NCBI GenBank assembly: GCA_043751595.1
Contig: JAYUZR010000035.1
Coordinates: 2,534-66,533, forward strand
DNA length: 64,000 bases
Origin: Candidatus Berkelbacteria bacterium
GTDB lineage: Bacteria > Patescibacteriota > UBA1384 > CAILIB01
Direction of reading: 5' to 3'
The stretch's first letter is position 1. Each line of letters opens with the position of its first letter. Position numbers and translations under genes: made by a program. Under the pieces are notes generated by a model. That model saw only the letters and a list, made by a program, of their open reading frames with translations, was not told the origin of the DNA and searched no databases. Shown in pieces: positions 63,301 through 64,000 of the stretch.

Positions 63301-64000
63301 GTGGAGGTAAGCCAACCCTGACGGCCTTTGTAAATGAGAATACCGCATCCGCAACGGGTGTAGTACTTGCTTTGCGCAACCAAGTAAAGCAGACCACTAC
63401 CGCCCTTCGCTTAAGTGATAGCGACAAAGAACTAAAAGACGGCTCTGCTGTATTCTACAAGTTCCTTCGCTCTGAAATTGACGGAGAGAAAATTTCCACC
63501 AACATTGGTCAGATTGACGCCGTTGGTGGAATTATCACCAATCTTTTCGATAAATACATTGGTGGAAACGATGCACCCACTTGGCTTAAAGAGGGGAATG
63601 ATATCTTTAAAACATTCTCTAAGGGGGTTTGTGGAAAAGATATTAATATTGGCCAGTTTATCTCAAGCTCCATGGTAAATGGCGGCGATGGCTCCTGCTT
63701 CAGTAATAATATTGGCACCGCCAATATGAGCAATGTGCTCTATGGATCTGGATTTACCCAGTTTAGAGACGTTCTCTTTGATAAGTTTCTTGCCCGCACC
63801 TTTAGCGCACAGCTAGAGCAGGAGATAGGACTTGATAAAGGAACCTTCCGCAGTATTGTCACCACTCCTTCTAATGGGCGACAGATCTTACTTAGTCAGG
63901 GTGTACGCCACTTTGCCGACCAGCTCTTCGGCAGAAACACTAGTAGCACCTGCTACATCACCGAGGGAGATAGTACTTCTTGTGCAGAATCAAAGTTACG
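57345..64000 (+). CDS. Giant secreted or surface protein (more than 2218 aa inside the window, 3' end beyond it); last gene seen in the T4SS-like operon
   Basis: ATG at 57345 overlaps the NlpC/P60 stop (ATGCTGGATAA). Signal peptide MLDNLRSRLVGLSLAALLIQPIFPLVAQA. An SPSPEASPSPSPSASPSPSASPS linker around aa 290. The frame was checked codon by codon at 57345-57760, 58200, 60000, 62001 and 63900 with no stop. No competing ORF of 60 aa or more appears on the plus strand in the 6.6 kb. Confidence 0.65.
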   Translation, partial: MLDNLRSRLVGLSLAALLIQPIFPLVAQAADEQTAAQTIRTCSEQVADYYERGIDPEGLGEAVDTVAFEANDPDNPPTPEELAEYEDFQNITEFDNGEGVNVFNQIIDLNVVKNTPGALPETISLITSDEYVASVIALYGDNITHYKTSFYDLIVVCKASSAVIDERIFDPYVPITPDFLSLSEAIQLSSAKIAFARAEDKYYLLGEHCEGGLISTPASQWTADTNPCPGFKPEDDIIRTGKSLGRWDAPKVDPRVLYTLLYLVTPTEEGGAGREYIKVARLVDPISSNILTNAVASPSPEASPSPSPSASPSPSASPSDELKFSKSSQDDTAKQPDLTGYQINPDDEPHLPTKVASAVSISEIDKIRSTIKITKYIGIFRKKSREYNYYAPYPVKVAWQTEAGSAAQSIPTFAQPQLNLLANGRFLANQGIVEMLNQNGLGDLKLDANSVEINSFEDVGRLVGTSLIEQLLGTPNNSLKGWDLTSTLEQIGRAYAEQQIGLTAGSLAEGDDFQSLVRNIGRRTIEKNLNLPERSLADAGGDSSVLLENLGKRWLETEVLKISPGSLDGTSEFPTTKVSDLLARVGEGRIEAVMKLPRQSMRKKIYSDSDPQKSLRDSSVKARLTFPDVKGSPKDEDYLTADYLNSLLSLSYVEYNGSGANMYGFTKNDLRDAVINFFKAGSNQNAVDTFKQIVGSRVLETSLGSFQLGGTSTPVTKEKKRTVDITNLGLFTYAKEKDDKGNPIAYDSNTKFYPYSWYQKIPFGDHDTLGQGTLCGALGEEPSNDRLQFETPGGDKYTVKCNERDEVASDTADTSFFKDLQEYLLSPDLVTQTEFRPDESIHKAPVYADYLKATPDNESFAKRRYNHDYVAYINDPRLNVAVPRNGVTGADRASLSAKPVASASDLKPDDAAGLAALSAIAPISSARAFINQTPELANSAPLQATLNMISALYSTQQSVVVNGKTVPLFDLTPVMNQAGEELQYSLALRLNALRAHPSYNGNKEQYLREYNDISIPTATSSNPYKGWDFLLSDLKGQVACFQRSGVWQYSDAAQGFGCVAGTTKKVISADASTASNQVITYIDRLREQVTSLSDALSFMLGTGGNCQGDDASSEELCGQSGASQAVEIYGSLYETDDNGRIDTAKIAYSKDPLRDLFMPVIKKQNGKAKGVDRGAVVQINGAVTNGSINTALVASTQKSYWKQIGLQVASKQFTNGNSQRQTMATTLQTGFGDFTAALKNLGAFSMDDSKLKAAGMTIEDFARIFQLGLEDDVFERYGREELLRALWTKTGATASIKKSTEYQSFMKELNDVAQDVGFYRTRIVRLTANDGVVAQLSDTLNTLSTKLKADGKMTDAEFDAMKAEYNQSQAVAAIQRSVDPSQRGALSQLEATAKGLQTAGRDHERPLRRIYQQLLTIKTRFPTVGTEPSYGGLMTKAEDLAEEGVQLVQEIAAGKQLPRPVYDGTLSGGIDKKAGGLAEKSYSNNQCFPQGNLIQVLMRDKKLLDTTSIDQTGSFKAQLASFAIYTGACRLDTALGMPKGSVFGWYSLGKKAFPPKKDLAAKPPIDPNPTLTNPDGSPAPGVPSWKAGEMGTENLALAAGIGDAIANNDTTVSYTNIHTQSATKIKALMDRGKNVLIASVTLQLAKQFPGIEAALRKANLSLDDVSHILQGDLRPLALKLGGPVLDKALDLPKGTGYALMFPTCRSETGATTACINDPNHPGTDPDNIRLQTMARVGFKKIGAQIPDFPADFDLLSGGNLAASWGTSRISSVLGLESNSFGGVLASKTSLTTSQLNTISSVVSGNCPKSLDATSQPNQCSAEATARIAQAFRVENPKKSNYIELSKKLTASLKNTTPLAKGALATITDSDPVNQALDWYLYHTSLGMFQTQLAPDLITKEDTIAAGKNIASAAYYYYLYEPYVAPAQKGLISRLWDAVADPSLHVGIADPKERIRAARRIIVQSFYSSDTFRDITPDQLDQATPPGGGKPTLTAFVNENTASATGVVLALRNQVKQTTTALRLSDSDKELKDGSAVFYKFLRSEIDGEKISTNIGQIDAVGGIITNLFDKYIGGNDAPTWLKEGNDIFKTFSKGVCGKDINIGQFISSSMVNGGDGSCFSNNIGTANMSNVLYGSGFTQFRDVLFDKFLARTFSAQLEQEIGLDKGTFRSIVTTPSNGRQILLSQGVRHFADQLFGRNTSSTCYITEGDSTSCAESKL

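Overview
Gene-dense chromosomal window, roughly 50% GC, using genetic code 11 (TAA, TAG and TGA all terminate genes here). It has a monoderm or Patescibacteria (CPR, possibly Saccharibacteria-like) flavour: a MurT-GatD pair, a SipW-TasA-like pair, three type IV prepilins with an unusual A|FTLIE cleavage site, and all nine tRNAs with an encoded CCA. Housekeeping genes: pyk, pfkA, recA-recX, ftsK, ychF, secG embedded in a tRNA cluster (Gly-Cys-secG-Leu-Phe-Val), rpsO-pnp, rpsA, two NrnA-like DHH phosphoesterases, and a DipZ-like thiol-disulfide protein. Accessory content: three type II toxin-antitoxin pairs (RelE/YefM-like, VapBC, MazEF), and eight paralogous T4SS (VirB2/TrbC-like) pilin genes in three loci. 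There is also a tightly coupled, co-directional T4SS-like operon starting at 49.6 kb. It contains a VirB3-like gene, a VirB4 interrupted by a single in-frame TAG, a lysozyme+CHAP cell-wall hydrolase, a pilin, a TolB-like propeller, an NlpC/P60 peptidase, and a giant secreted protein of more than 2200 aa that runs off the window end. No relaxase, coupling protein, integrase or transposase is present. Non-coding highlights: two copies of a 64-nt element with conserved loop and covarying stems, each placed between a minus-strand stop codon and its terminator; a triple GCGAAGC mini-hairpin array upstream of tRNA-Asn; tRNA-Ile with a UAU anticodon; palindromic operators with leaderless-looking promoters at the TA loci; and a PAP2 gene broken at a T7 homopolymer.
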